A stretch of 63,094 nucleotides of DNA, the filler included, from Cladosporium halotolerans (Eukaryota): NCBI RefSeq assembly GCF_011745625.1. It is 19 parts of 19 records of this genome, joined end to end, with 100 filler letters (N's around TTAATTAATTAA, not from the genome) between each part and the next. Parts side by side here need not be neighbours in the genome. Positions count along the whole stretch, not along the records: positions 10,550 to 13,919 come from NW_027191720.1; positions 14,020 to 17,367 come from NW_027191721.1; positions 17,468 to 20,799 come from NW_027191722.1; positions 20,900 to 24,228 come from NW_027191723.1; positions 24,329 to 27,656 come from NW_027191724.1; 14 more parts are not named here. One strand, 5' to 3'. Position numbers and translations under genes: made by a program. This document shows positions 13,656 to 25,009 of this stretch, piece by piece. Below the pieces are notes generated by a model that worked only from the letters and a program-made list of their open reading frames with translations, was not told the origin of the DNA and did no database searches. The number at the start of each line of letters is the position of its first letter. Position 1 is the stretch's first letter.

Positions 13656-13676
13656 CTCTCTCTCTCTCTCTCTCTC
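13656..13676. repeat. (CT)n microsatellite
   Basis: About 10 CT units, read directly. Confidence 0.95.
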
Positions 13677-14019
13677 AGCCACCGTCTCCAATTGCCTGCC
13701 AGCCTTCGCAGACGGTGGTTCACTTGCTGTGTTCTCTATCTGCTATGGTCTCCTCGTTTCTAGCTTGCAACTTACCTACAGTCTCCCCCCAGTGCTCGGC
13801 GTCGTCTACTGTTCCACGATCCTGCTTCCTAGTGATGGAAGAACGCTGGATCATCTATGAGCCTCGTGATTACTGTATCTCTTGGCATCACGTGAAGCGT
13901 TCGTCATCACGTGCAGCGTNNNNNNNNNNNNNNNNNNNNNNNNNNNNNNNNNNNNNNNNNNNNTTAATTAATTAANNNNNNNNNNNNNNNNNNNNNNNNN
14001 NNNNNNNNNNNNNNNNNNN

Positions 14020-14892
14020 TTCTGGAACACAGAAAGGCTAAAAAGATTGATGACGAGAGAGAGTTGATGAAGGCCAAGGCTGGATTCGTGGTCACCCCAT
14101 CGTCATGGCGGCAGCTTTGACCGGCGATTCAGAGGGTTCACTGTCCAGAAGAAAGAGTGGCGAAACAACTCGACAAGATCTATCTAGGCGTCAAAGCGAA
14201 GGATGCACAAACGCAATCTGGACACAGCAAAAGGATGGAGGAGCTGATATACGGAATACTGACCAAAGAGAACCCGTTCAGCACGCAGTCGGAAAAGACG
14301 GCTTTTCGAGACGTCAGCATTTCGTGGCACAAATTGAAAAAGGTGGCCGTCAGCAGCGACCGGGGAAGCGAAGGAGGCTGTCTAGCTCGAGGAGCTGTGG
14401 AGGAGAGGTGAAGAAGATAGGTGGGCGAAGTCGAGAAGGGTGGCTCTCGGCGTTGCTCTGCGGGAGATGCTAGACCCGAGTGCAGTATTCAGAGGGCTAC
14501 AACGCGAAGGGTTGGAAGCAATCGTGTCAGGCGAGCCCAGGGTGGTTATGGCCATGAGGACCGGAGGAGGCAAGAGCTTGATGTTCGTACTGCCCGCGTT
14601 CTGTTCAATAGGCGGAACGACGGTCGTGGTGGTCCCGCATCACTGCGGAGCGATCTGGAAAGACGATGCCAGGAGGTCGGACTCAACGCCGGCAGATGGC
14701 CGGAGCAAGCAGCGAGGCATGCACGGATAGTGCTGGTGACACCCGAGAGCGCGGTCACGAAAGCTTTCAAAAGGTTCATCAACGACAAGCTCTCGATCGT
14801 ACAGCTCGACAGGAGCGTCGTTGACAAAAGTCATATCGTGCTAGACTCTTCGGAAACTTGGCGGCCAGAAGTACTCGAGCTCAGCGAGTTCG
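14020..14892 (+). pseudogene. RecQ/TLH-like helicase gene fragment with upstream YR-like motif, truncated by a solo LTR
   Basis: SWRQ...SGHSKRMEELIYG, then FRGLQREGLEAI, motif I RTGGGKSLMF, VVVVP, IVLVTPES and a degenerate motif II VVDKSH. Several frameshifts. Confidence 0.85.
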
Positions 14893-15056
14893 TGTTGTGA
14901 AACTGGGTTCCTGCCCCTAAACACTGCAGCTGTTATTAGCTTATCGTACGCTAGTGTTTCAGGTTGGCTACATATATACAGTCCTTACCTCGAGAATGTA
15001 GATGATGCATGGGAACGATCTTGCGCACAAAGCTGCTGATCAGAAAATGATCAACA
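14893..15056 (+). mobile_element. Solo LTR, family B (164 bp)
   Basis: TGTTG...CAACA termini. Homologous to 22624-22786, which is followed by a PBS, and to 40971-41069 and 62472-62635. Its flanks GTTCG and GATGG do not match each other. Confidence 0.9.
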
Positions 15057-16371
15057 GATGGTGTACGCTATTGTCCAAGAAGACGACCGAGACTACCCTA
15101 GACTTGCTCACCCTGCGCGATTTGGCTTGACAAGGAGTTTTTGATGTGCTTGCTCAGCTATCCATGGATCGCTGGTGCATAAGAGCCTGGGTTTTCCGGT
15201 TTTCCAAGAAGAATATTTGTCATCAATTAGATGGATTTACTCATCCGACAGCAACCACGGATGAAGGTGAGACGATAATTTGGCTCCTTGCAAGGCGAAA
15301 TCTGTCTTGACGCATGCGAGTTTCGCAAAAAAGCAACGCTGTTATTACTTGCATTCGAGTGCGAGACACACAACGGACCTGGAAAGAAACGTGCGAAGAT
15401 GCTGAAAATATTTGGCAGATATGCTGTACAATACCTGTTCCAAATCGATGTGAAAAGAAGAGCGATGCCGGCAAGGAATTTTGCAGACATCCAACGCTGA
15501 AAGCTTGACGAAAAGTTGGATGGGCTGCCCATCGTAGCAAATAGCTATGAATATGGTGTCCGGCTTGTCTCAAAAGAGATGCGTCACCGAGATTACAGCG
15601 TCGATCTCTACTTACCGACCTTGTGCTTCCTTAATGGGAAGATTCTTCGAAACGGACAAAAGATCCAAGAACGCCGTGAAGAAATGGATATCACAAAAGA
15701 CATTCAATACATCGCTTTCAACAAGTTCGCGTCGCCGGGGAGAATTAAACACTTATCCTTTTTGAAAGAATGCCGACTTGTCCACGTGTCGCTGCACAGG
15801 TCCGGACGTTTGACGGAAGGGTATCTGTGGCACTGCATCGGGGTGTCAATACGGCCCTCTCAATCGCCTCGTTGTCGCCGTCAGATTCGTAAACGCCATT
15901 TCCAAGGTCTGACCGACTTTCAGAGGGACTGTTTCCTTCAGCTGACTAACCTCTTGCGTATGGAGGGCTTTGATCTTCTATGTTCAAATATTGAAGGATC
16001 CCTCGAAGCTGACATGGTCAATGCAAGGCCTAAAGCAGCGAAAGATTACATGGACCTGATGGCAGACTCGGTGGTGGCAGCTATTCGCGTTGATAATCCT
16101 GTGCAAGTGGCCATCTCAGAAGCATGCGCCGAACGCCTGCGGTAGATTTATCGGTGAATGGCGTGACAGCACAGTAATATTCACATCCTGGCACGCAGGA
16201 TTCGATGTCGATCATCGTTGGCGGCGAAATCATTTATCGCTCAAGGTACGAATCACTCAGCAGGTTGAAGGCGTTCTTGTACTGGACCCTATGGATTGGG
16301 TGAATGGGTTGGTTTTCTTCAAGCGATGCGGCTCGACACCAGTGATATTCGGCTGGCCAGAAGCCTGGACA
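15057..16371 (+). pseudogene. 3' part of a HET-domain gene (paralogue of 61117-63094)
   Basis: DRWCIRAW/FQEEYLS HET C-terminal motif. Colinear with the contig-19 copy up to GWPEAWT. Stops and frameshifts present. Confidence 0.8.
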
Positions 16372-17367
16372 CCCGAGTACGTCCACGCTCACCAATCCCT
16401 CGTTTCAGTCTCGATCTTGGCCGCCAGCGCCCAAGGCAAGGTCTATTTCCAGACTGGCATTTGGGCGCGAAAGCAGCTTTCGCGAGTCCCTGCACTGATT
16501 GAGCGAAGAAGCATCTTGGTATATGCCTGGCGACAATACGACGAAAAGACGGCCATCAATGTTCAGAGCATCTACGAGCGCGTCAAGCAGCATGAACCAA
16601 GCTCATTGCGTGTCTTTTCTTCAGCGACTGAGCTCGAACATGTTCTCGGCAAGACTGATGACATTCGCGCTTTGGATGAAATTGCCGAATCTGCACACCC
16701 AAGCTGGTCTTTCCGGTCGATTACTTGCGATTCTGCGACCCAGTGTTGGCTGAGCGAAGTCGGAGTGTTGAAACGGAGCCACAGCTGCGGCAGCGAACAT
16801 GTCATCCTGCACCCCAAAGCAATTGACTTCGCAAAGCATCTGAGATGCCAGTCAAGTGGGCGAAGGATCAGCAGTCGACGAGTGGCCCAGACCACGGAAC
16901 GATGGTTTCATCAAGAGTTTGTCGAGGGGTAGAGAAAATCCGGCGAGTTCCGCGTCTTCATTGTCACCGTCCAAGACACGACGGCCAGACGTGGGCGCAA
17001 GGGAAGGGTACTCCAAGTCGTTCATACTATTGAACTTCCTGACACAGAGCTTGTCGTCACTATTTTAGGCTCTGGTGGAAGCTGGCCTGATGAGCTGGGT
17101 GCAAGTGGAAAAATAGACCTCGACGAGCTCCGAGCGTTCGCGCTTTATGTATTTGAAGCGCTGCGCACCAGATCGAATTGGTCCACAAGCTTTGAATCCT
17201 TAGAGGTCGGGGCTCGCGTCGACGTGGGTGTTGCCCTCCTCCACAGTGTGCCCAAATACTTCGTCAACGAAGTCACACGAATCTACGAGGCAGATTTCTT
17301 CGCAGAGTGGTTGGCTCAGCCAGGGACCCAGACTTGCAGGGCCGTGTCGACGGCGTTTGCAGAGGTT
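16372..17367 (+). pseudogene. ATP-grasp-fold-like protein fragment with one in-frame TAG (16930-16932)
   Basis: The same frame runs through to the contig end. Ordered motifs VLKRSHS, WFHQEFV, GEFRVF, RVDVG and YFVNEVT match the ATP-grasp K / QE / RV / D / NE pattern. Confidence 0.6.
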
Positions 17368-17718
17368 NNNNNNNNNNNNNNNNNNNNNNNNNNNNNNNNN
17401 NNNNNNNNNNNTTAATTAATTAANNNNNNNNNNNNNNNNNNNNNNNNNNNNNNNNNNNNNNNNNNNNCAGTGGTGTCCACAAGCAAGCAAGCGCCATGCT
17501 TGAGGTCCATCCGCTTGCTTGCTTGATATGGGGTCCTGTGCTTGCTTGCTTGCTTGATTAGACCGAAGATGCTTGATGCTTGCTTGCTTGCTTGAGTGCA
17601 CAGACCACGCCGCCTGCAGATGACTGAAATGTTTGACGATGTTAAAGGTAAGGGGGGACAAATTTGCCCTCATTTCAAAACTGTTCATACGATGTCTCCA
17701 TTATGGTACTCTTGGAGT

Positions 17719-20493
17719 TCATGGGATAAGGACTAAGCACTCACCAGATCTAGGAGCACCGACGACGTCGGTATCTACACGCCCTGGTAAATCCTTACTC
17801 ACCGAAGCAATTTCCCTTACATCTTCCACTTGCAACTGCTGCAGAGTATCCCACGCCTTTTGGCCGTCCGCAACTTTGTTGATCAGCCAGCTCTTCAAAC
17901 ACTGCTCCGCCTCGATCACGTCCTGTTTTAGACTGAATCGCTCGTCGGTGATCATACGCTTTGCCTGGCTGAATGCTCTCTCACACTCAGCCGACATACC
18001 TGGTATCGCAAGCAGCTTGAAAGCGAGCTTAGCAAGGGTGGGAAACATCCTCTGGCCAAAGTCTCTCCACCAAGCGATAGGCTGGTTCTTATAGAGATCT
18101 GTGACGTTGAGATCCTCAAGTGATAGCTCCAAGAAGCGATCTAATTCAGAGTCCTCGCGCTTGCGTTTCTTCTTGCATCGCTCAGCAGAGATTGTGGCGT
18201 TGCGTCTTACAGTGTTGAAAAAGTTATCGAACTGTGCATATATGTCGTCAGTTTCCTTAATCGATGTATCTGTTGCAGGCTCGCTATGCAGGCTCGTCGA
18301 GCAGTCTTCACTCTTGCGCAGAGTGCTGAGAAATTCGTTGTAACATGCTGAGACTGCATTCTGCGCGTTTCTGATCTCCAATCTAGAGCGAGGCACCTTT
18401 GCCCACGCATTAGCAAAGTAATCGTTGCGGTAACAAGGGTGCAGAGCGATCGCTGCACGGTACAATCTTGTGCGGTCGGATTTCCCGTAGTAATCCTTTA
18501 GCTTCTCAAAACCATGATTGATACAGTGACGGTAGTGATCCACAAATAGATCGAGATTCTTTGATACATCATCGGCGCGGATCTTGAGCATCATGAACAA
18601 GAAATCAAAGGCGGGAAGGACCTCCCACAAAGCTCCATGACTGCCTTCCAGCGACAGCTTGTTTCCTTTGCCTTCTAACCTTTCCGTAGCAAGCTTGAAC
18701 GGCAACAGCAGTTCTTCATAGTGGCGGAGTTCCTCCCAGTCCCCTTCAAAAAGAAAGTCTTGGGAGAGGTCATACGCCTTGGTGTCCTGCCTGCGCCACT
18801 GACGACAGTAGGAGCGGATCGGGTTCTCAAGCAGAAGCGCACGGGCGATCATATTGTTGAAGGCTGAGGATGCTCAGACCCCTAGCTTCACCTACCTCTT
18901 GCTAATGAGTACTGGAGGCTGGGATGCAGGGACACCCAGCCTCTCCAGCCTCTCAGCCTTTAGGGAATGCTGGTATATGTACTCACCTTCTGTCTGCTCA
19001 GATAGCTGAATCAATCAACTCATCTATTATTGTTAACACATATTGTAGACGCTGTTCCATCGTATCCCGGTATCCTTTACCAGGCGGTAGCAGAATGTGG
19101 TAATGTCGTCGGCAATGTCCCGCTGCGCCTCGTTGAACATCTGTATGCGTTCATCCGAACGCATGATGTACCGGACGATGTTGTGAAGCTTGCCAATTGC
19201 ATGCTGTCTCCGCCATATATCGAAACTCTCGTCGTCACCAGCATCGCTCAGCTCCTTTTGAAAAGCAGAAAGTCCCTCGCCGAACAATAACGCTTTGACA
19301 ACGAGATTGACGGTGTGCCCCCAACAGCGCAACCGGCATTGTGCGGGATCAAGGCCGAACTCTTGAGCGAGAATTTCGACGGCTGTGTCGTTGTTCGCGG
19401 CATTGTCAAGCACAAAGGCGCCAATTTTTCGTTGTATGCCGTAATCGCGAATCAGGGCTGAAACGGCCTTTGCGATCTTCTCGCCGGAGTGTTGGCCTTC
19501 GAGCCGTGGCATTCCGATCAACGCGTTACGAAGCGTGCAGTCTTTGTCAATCCAGTGAGCGACTACTCCAAGAAGCGAGAGGCCGTTCGGTGAAGACCAG
19601 CCATCGAAGGATAAGCTGACATCGCTGAGTGATGTATGCAGGGACTCAGCGACCTCAGGCTTACGTTGTTCGTATGCATTCATCAGCCAGCGGCGCGCGC
19701 TACTACGCTGCGGTAGAAGATTGGTAACCTTAGGGCCACTACGAGCGAGTAGTCTTTGCAGGTGAGGGCTTGTAGCTTGGGACAAAGTGATGTCATCTTT
19801 CGCGATCCAGTTCACATAGTCTTCGCGCCATCTTTCCTCCCAGAGGTGCTCGTCCATGAAGGCTTCGATACGCCCTTGGGCTTGCACGCTCTCCTCCAGG
19901 CGCTCTAGGCCGATACCATGCTGGTCGTGAAGGTGGCGAGTACAATTGGTGGAGGCCTGGGCATTCATGACCTTGATACGGCCCTGCTCATGGCAGTACC
20001 GACAGATCCAGTGCTTGATCCATTTACCGCTAGGGCCTCTCTTCTCTGGCTCAACACCACGGAGGTATATCCATGAGATCTTATTTCCGCCCAACCTTCG
20101 ATTGCTGCGCAAACAGCGGCGGTATCCAGAAAGCTCGGGTCTGTGTAGTGGAACTGTGAAAGTGCAGCGTTTTGATGCCAGCACCGAATTCCTGTTATCT
20201 ATCTCTTCCTCTTCGTCATCATCATCGTCCACTTCTGTTAGCGGTATGGGAGTCGAGGCTAAGGCAGATGGGTTCGAGGTGCTGGAAGATGGGGATATGC
20301 ATCCCTTGGGGCGTGTCGCGGGCTCTGGAGAGCCTGTCTCAGGCGTTTTCGGGTATGTTGGCGTGAGTTGAAAAGCTAGTGTTGCTTGGGTAGTCTTTCG
20401 CGATTTACGACGCGGCGAATTCATGATGGCCAAACTCGCAACCAATGCGATTGGTGGTACACGCTCCTGCGAAAGCAGAAAATCAGGGTCCAC
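17719..20493 (-). pseudogene. hAT transposase, split by LTR insertion
   Basis: BED finger (CRYC...HLHDQH), SFDGWS, LDNAANND, CWGH, IRWNS and ECERAFS. Removing the LTR plus one TSD restores the frame (VYNMIAR vs VYRMIAR in the intact copy). Confidence 0.93.
18855..19038. mobile_element. Solo LTR, family C (184 bp), with perfect 5-bp TSD CATAT
   Basis: TGTTGAA...TTAACA termini. CATAT at 18850-18854 and 19039-19043. Absent from the paralogous element at ~45812. Confidence 0.93.
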
Positions 20494-20899
20494 CGCAGGG
20501 AAAATCAGAGTTCCAGCATGTATCTCTGGCGGACGGCTGCGGGCCGTGGTCTGCGGTCCCTTGCTGAACGCGAGCTAGCTTTATTTTGTGATCGGTGCTC
20601 TTCTTGGACAGCACGTATATACGTTATACCGTTCAATAATCCTCTACCAAACAAAAATATCAAGCATAGCCAAGCGGCTTGAGAACTCATGTGCTTGCTT
20701 GCTTGATCACGACCCTTTGGCTTGCTTGCTTGCTTGGTGCTCAAAATAGCCAAGCGCAAGCAAGCCGCTCGTACTGGGCTTGCTTGTGGACACCACTGCN
20801 NNNNNNNNNNNNNNNNNNNNNNNNNNNNNNNNNNNNNNNNNNNTTAATTAATTAANNNNNNNNNNNNNNNNNNNNNNNNNNNNNNNNNNNNNNNNNNNN

Positions 20900-22307
20900 C
20901 ACAAGGCACTGAGCGTTCAGCAACTGATGGTTTAGTGCGAACGGATGACAACTGCTTCCTACGGGCACTGTCGATGGCCAAATGCGGTAGTCCATCGAAG
21001 TCCTGAAGCATAGCAAAATGTAAAGCGTCGCCAGCAGCGGTGCGCTTGTACAATGAAAAGGTCTCACCACTGTAGTAGACCTTGTGCTTGGTACGTAGCA
21101 CATGCTCGGAGATGATCTTCACCGAGAGCTGTGGCACATATAGCACATCAGTAAATGTGACAGGCGTAGTAATGCCGTCACTGCCAACAAGAGGCAAAGT
21201 GGCTTTGCCAACAGCAAAGCCCTTGAGGGGTCGATTGTCTCCAACGACGACGCCAGAGTCAACAGCTGTGTACTCGTCAAAGTCGTTCAAATCATTGGTG
21301 ATATGGTGGACCGCTCCAGAATCAAAGCACCAGCTATTGCTTGCTGATAGGCTTTGAGAAGCAAAATGGGTCGGCGTATACGGTATCTTACGCATCGCCA
21401 AAGTCATGCCACGATTGGTAGGCACAGCGCCTACAGCGCCGGTAATTTGGCTACTTTTGGCATGCTTGTTGGGACCTTTGCCTTCCGGAAAACCATGTTT
21501 CCGATAGCATCTATCCTCAGTATGTCCAGTCATATGGCAATGAGTGCACTTCGAAGCCGCCTTGCCGTTATTGCTTCGGATGTGGCTCTTCAAAGGCTGT
21601 GACTTGAAGGTGGCATTCACACTCTTATCTTGTCGCTTCATTTCAGCATCCTGATCCAAGAGGTCCTTGATCAGACTGTCGATGGAAGGCAAGTGTTCAT
21701 CAGCAGGCGCAGTAGCAGCAAGCGTGACTTTTCGGAGACTCTCACGCTTGATGTCTGCCCAGGTAGAGTAGAAAGGTGCTACGCGGTTGATCAGATCGTA
21801 CACGCGTAGCTCATGGCCAAGTGCCATGTTGAAGTTGTCCATTTGGCGTAGGGTCTTCTGGTACTTCTCAGTGAAGCTTTGCAGATCGCTGCCTGTGAAC
21901 TGAAGGTCCTTCCATGCATTGTAGGCTTCAATGCGCTGTGCCGGCCCTGAACCTTCGTAGCGTTTGAGATAAACCCACATGGACAGGGCATCCGTGAAGT
22001 CGACCAGGTTTTCACCAATCTCCGGGACAGTCGAGGTCATGATAACTCTCGCAGCGCGAGCGTTCCTCGACTTCCAGTCACGTAGAGCATTTTGGTGTGG
22101 TTTATCGTTCGAAGCAACGGTCTCGTCATCGCCTGTAACAGGGGTCTGCGGTGCAGATCCGTCAGGTCGAGGCTCGAGGCCGGTGACGATGTCCCAGCAG
22201 TTGTGCTCATCAAGGTAGAACTGGACTTGAGTACGCCAGAACCTGTAGTTGTCTCGACCCTTCAGCTTGGTGAGTTTGCCCGATCCGGCGGATCTAGAGC
22301 TTTCCAT
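20900..22307 (-). CDS. Copia Gag-protease polyprotein (partial)
   Basis: KLKGRDNYRFW gag N-terminus, zinc knuckle CTHCHMTGHTEDRC (CX2CX4HX4C), protease WCFDSGA and DVLYVPQL. Confidence 0.93.
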
Positions 22308-22623
22308 GTCTGCTGTTGCCGAGTGTCGAGGTGGCGGCTCGAAGGAGTAAGTCGCGGCGCGCCCTTGAACTCCGATATTGAAAGAAGAAGAGCGAGCCGC
22401 AGCGCGCCCTCAACTCTGCGAAAATATGGAGTATCTCAATGAAGAGAACTCCCCTTGTGAAACAATCGTCGAAAACGACCACCACAAGGATGCAATGCGA
22501 GGAATGATAGAAAAGTCGTATATCTCAACGAATGCGTAAAGCAACTTCCGGGCTCATAACCTGTTGTGAGAAAAAATGTGGCACCACATTCTCGCACAGC
22601 GTTAAGTGGATAATATACCAACA
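20900..22623 (-). mobile_element. Ty1/copia LTR retrotransposon, 5' part (62-bp LTR, PBS, gag-protease), cut by the contig end
   Basis: LTR-A 22562-22623 (TGTTG...CAACA on minus), then PBS GGTTATGAGCCCGG (22548-22561), then the gag-PR ORF. Confidence 0.92.
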
Positions 22624-23047
22624 TGTTGTGAAAGAGGGTCCTGCCCCTAAACACTGCAGCTGTTATCAGCTTATCTCGCGCTAATGTTTCAGGTTGGCTA
22701 CATATATACAGTCCTTACCTCCAATATGTAGAGAATGTATGGGAATGATCTTGCGTACGATGCTACTGATCAGAAAATGACCAACAGGTTATGAGCCCGG
22801 TATGCGTAGTGGAGTGGTTGTGCGTAAAATCCCCATGTTGAGGGGTAAAGCCTGGGGCAACTTGAAGCCTGCTGGTTGCACTTGCACGAAAAACCCCTGA
22901 GGGGGTCAGCCCGCCGTGGTTGTGCGTTCGAAACCCGCTGCCAGCACGTTGATATCTCCTTCTGCGTTCAGTGGTTAAGGGGGTGTGTTGGTATATTATC
23001 CACTTAACGCTGTGCGAGAATGTGGTGCCACATTTTTTCTCACAACA
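22624..23047 (+). mobile_element. TRIM-like mini unit with non-identical LTRs: LTR-B (22624-22786), PBS (22787-22800), ~185 bp noncoding, PPT-like purine tract, LTR-A (22986-23047)
   Basis: All parts are visible in the sequence. A purine tract (AAG + G-run) lies directly before LTR-A. This LTR-A copy is the exact reverse complement of 22562-22623. Confidence 0.75.
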
Positions 23048-23699
23048 GATAGATCTATGGCTGTCCACGATGACCAGGGTCAATCTCAGAGTCATGTGTT
23101 TGAGGAGCAACCAAAGGATAATGACGAGAACATTGATCCAGTCTTGCTGAACTGGGCGCTCAGAAGTGCTCGCAAAAAGTCTGACTCAGGTGTAGCAAAT
23201 GTGGTTGAAGTAGCCATAGTATCACATTCTCTAGTTCGTGATGCAATTGAATTTATCGATATTACTTCAATGTTACTTGCGTGATGAAATGTCGAAGGTA
23301 AGTATTGTGAAATCTTGACCCCCTCGCTTGCCTGACCCGCTCGCTTGCCAATCACGTTAGATTTAAAACGCCTAATCTTGACCCTATAGATTTGGTCAAA
23401 TCCCCAAGGTGAAGGCACCCTCGCTTACGTTTACCTCTCAGTTTCATCACGATGACAACTTCTTCTTCGACCAAATTCTGACACATGAATTGCGTGTTGC
23501 TTGAATAAAGGTAAGTCAGACATCCTGGAGGAACCAGAGAGTCACCTAATGACTCCCTCCGTTATTCACAACTCAATATCAGCATTCAAATCACACCATT
23601 GAAGTTACGCACCCTCAATCTCCAGTAAACTTGTCAGGAGACCCTCTAAACCGTCAAGATGTCTAACTTCAACCGCGGCTGCAAGTATATCACGTCCAC

Positions 23700-24150
23700 T
23701 CAGATACGCACTCACTGACATCCAAGAGGCACCTGCGGCCTTCTCCGGTATATTCTCGACCTCCCTGGATCCTCGGACGACGCTCGCACAACCCTGTGCC
23801 ACTGTCACAGTTGCAAGCGCGCTTTCGGCGGCGCCTTCGGTCTAACTGCCAAAACGGCTAAAGAAAATTTGAAATACACGACGTCAACCACTCCAAAGGT
23901 ATTCGTGCAGGATAACGGCGTGCATAGGGAGTTTTGCGGGCAGTGCGGGGTTTTAATTTCGAGTATGAGGAGCAGGCTAAAAACGAGTTCAGATTTGTGA
24001 TTGATGCTTCTGTTTCCCTTAATCCTTACAGGGTACATTGCTGACCGGATTTGTGGTCCTGTAGGTACTTGTGTGTGAGTACTTTGGATGACGGGAGCAA
24101 TGCGCTGCCGCCAAAGGGCGAGTTCTTCACTAGAAGCTTTGGACAGTCCG
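23700..24150 (+). pseudogene. GFA/CENP-V (Mss4-like) family protein relic
   Basis: TTLCHCHSCKRAFG, NGVHREFCGQCG and STLDD...LPPKGEFF. Frameshift after the second Cys pair; the N-terminal CxCG is degenerate. Confidence 0.75.
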
Positions 24151-24328
24151 TGCACACGGACAGTCAATGCACGCGTCGCGCGTCATGGACGAAACGCGTT
24201 CAACGGTTCGCTATACCAACCACACCGCNNNNNNNNNNNNNNNNNNNNNNNNNNNNNNNNNNNNNNNNNNNNTTAATTAATTAANNNNNNNNNNNNNNNN
24301 NNNNNNNNNNNNNNNNNNNNNNNNNNNN

Positions 24329-24821
24329 CTGGATCATTCATCCATTCGTGCGAGAGCTCGATCTGCTCGTACCTGGCCCCAAGCCTCTAGGCTCGTCTTT
24401 CCTCTGGTACGACGGGAAGGGCAGCTGGAGTAGCCAGCGGTTGTCCACTGTTCTCAAGCGCGAGACTGAAAAAGCATTCAAGGCTCCGATGACAATCCCA
24501 GTATACCGTCACGTCGCGATTGCGATCTCTCGTCGGCATCTCAATGGAGGCGGATTTCAGCGTGACTACGACATCGGAGATAAGTTTCGGGATCTGCAAA
24601 CGACGCAAACCTCTTGGGCCGCGGGCCGTCTGTATGCTCGAGGTTTGGAGGAGGTCCAGGGTCATGTCGAGGCGAGAAGGGCTGGGTTCCGGGCAGTCAG
24701 TCGTGAATGGCATAATTTTCTTGGATTCGCCAATACAATGAACTGCAGGAAACAGTCCTTTGAAGGAAACACAAACCAGTTCCAATCGTCGAAGGGCGGT
24801 GGAGAATTGCTGGGAATTTAA
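24329..24821 (+). pseudogene. C-terminal fragment of a TLH-associated protein with a YR-like motif
   Basis: FLW...WSSQRLSTVLKRET...YRHVAIAISRRHL...DLQTTQTSWAAGRLYAR...FRAVSREWHNFLGF; the 5' end is cut by the contig start. Confidence 0.75.
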
Positions 24822-25009
24822 GCCGACGTGGTCGACGAGTAGCAAGATTATCAGATACCTACAAAACTCGAAGATGGCAGTAATGAACCTCGGCTGTCTC
24901 TAATCAAACAATCCGATGACGTGTGCCACTAAACATTCTCCACCCACCGGCAGCGGTCCAACGTCTTTCAGTTTGACCGTACCACGCGCCCGGTCCTTCA
25001 CCAACCCCA

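Larger units (their letters stand above)
17468..20798 (-). mobile_element. Full-length hAT DNA transposon (family 1a), transposase interrupted by a solo LTR
   Basis: 21-bp TIR CAGTGGTGTCCACAAGCAAGC at both contig ends, with GCTT subterminal arrays. Confidence 0.96.

Noticed and set aside
10550..13919. Many overlapping ORFs in contig 4
   Set aside because: Arg/Ser/Pro-rich translations on both strands with no domain signal; no supportable gene call.
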